Source: Blepharisma stoltei ATCC 30299 | Lineage: Eukaryota; Protista; Ciliophora | Assembly (NCBI GenBank): GCA_965603825.1 | Contig: CBFDEM010000002.1 | Location: 682,001-746,000 of the forward strand | DNA length: 64,000 nucleotides | Reading direction: 5' to 3' | Part shown: positions 63,027 to 64,000 of the stretch, one piece after another | Position numbering within the stretch: position 1 is the stretch's first letter | How the letters are laid out: every line of letters starts with the position of its first letter | Translations under genes and position numbers: made by a program | Notes under the pieces: generated by a model | What the model was told of the DNA's origin: nothing | The model's database searches: none | Seen by the model: the letters and a program-made list of their open reading frames with translations, nothing else

Positions 63027-64000
63027 ATGTGGCACTTCGAATACTTTACATTTATTTTTCTTTTCTTTATAGGAAGTCACTCAATTTCTCAGCGCATCAT
63101 GGGACCAACTAATCCAGCTCTGCTCTCTTCAAAAATCCCTAATCCAGGCTGCACATCTGATAACTGTGATTTAGATAAAAATTTTGACAATGAAGCTTCA
63201 TTGGAATCTGAAAATTCAAGTTATTTCAAATTTTTCGATGTTTTTCTGCAAGACGCACAAAATCCTTTAGAAAGAGATGAAAGCGAAATTCCGTCAAGTA
63301 TTGATGAACATGGGGATGATTATAATGATGGCGATCTTTTATTTGTACTAGCAACTACTTTCATTGATGGTGAGTCTGGCACAGGCAAAATATGAGTAAT
63401 CCCTACTGATGAAGAAGATAAAGAAAACAGTTATTCGCTAATAGTAGGTTTAGAGAGACCTACTGGGCTTTGTCTAGACGTAAACCATAATTTTTTGTAT
63501 GTAGTAGATAACGGTGATGATATAGAAGGGTATATTTATCAGTATGAAGTACTATGGAGTGACGATGATTATATGATCCTAGATAGAAATGTCTATGTAG
63601 TAATTTATCAAGGCAAAACTCCTTATGACTGCAAAATAGATCAGTATGGCAATATGTATTTTCTTAACTCAGAAACTGACGAAATCAGCATGATCAGCTA
63701 CCTTGACTTGTATTCAGGCTTCACCAATATGAACTACACCATCTATCAAGCTGACGAAAACAATAACAAAATAAACTCCCCTGTAGCCCTAGAAGTAATT
63801 GACTCTGAGTATATTTACTTTGTAAATAACGCTGATGGAGATACAGCAGGCACCTTAAACAAAGCTAAAACTACAACGGAAAGCGTCAATGAGGAAACTA
63901 TAGAATCATTAGTTTATAATAAATACCCAGCTTGGGGTGTCGCTTATACAGATGATAATAGAATTTTCTTTTCTCTGGATACTGGAGAAATTTGGTCAGT
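63027..64000 (+). CDS. Secreted NHL/YWTD-like beta-propeller protein, partial
   Basis: Hydrophobic N-terminus. After TGA 63393 the frame reads GLERPTGLCLD...LYVVD, PYDCKIDQYGNMYF, SPVALEV...IYFVN and stays open to the window end. Confidence 0.75.

Noticed and set aside
1-64000. Bacterial or mitochondrial origin (UGA=Trp as in Mollicutes)
   Set aside because: PRP38, eIF2B, exocyst, C2H2 and EGF genes and spliceosomal introns indicate a eukaryotic nucleus.
47700-64000. Germline IES insertions or transposase genes
   Set aside because: Core genes are contiguous, and I saw no transposase or reverse-transcriptase motifs.

Overview
AT-rich eukaryotic DNA, most likely the somatic (macronuclear-type) genome of a heterotrich ciliate such as Blepharisma. 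TGA is read as Trp: it aligns with TGG in paralogs and sits at Kelch and kinase Trp positions, so many of the supplied ORFs join into single genes. Two 15-nt GTAAT...ATTTAG introns are present. About 1-47 kb is a fast-evolving birth-and-death region holding two interleaved families. The first is ~15 minus-strand copies or relics of a coiled-coil + Kelch-like beta-propeller gene with a hypervariable loop. The second is six plus-strand AIG1/GIMAP-septin-clade GTPase genes with a Cys/His-rich module and coiled coil, whose N-termini are swapped between triple-KH RNA-binding modules and low-complexity regions, plus relics. I infer, without proof, that this is a protist immune or defence locus. About 47-64 kb is a compact, uninterrupted housekeeping block: MYCBPAP-like, PRP38, eIF2B-delta, SEC5, CCDC77-like, Kelch, Kelch-EGF and a secreted propeller. 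It also holds an unannotated pair of conserved ~65-aa microproteins. All calls come from manual reading and motif recognition; no searches were run.
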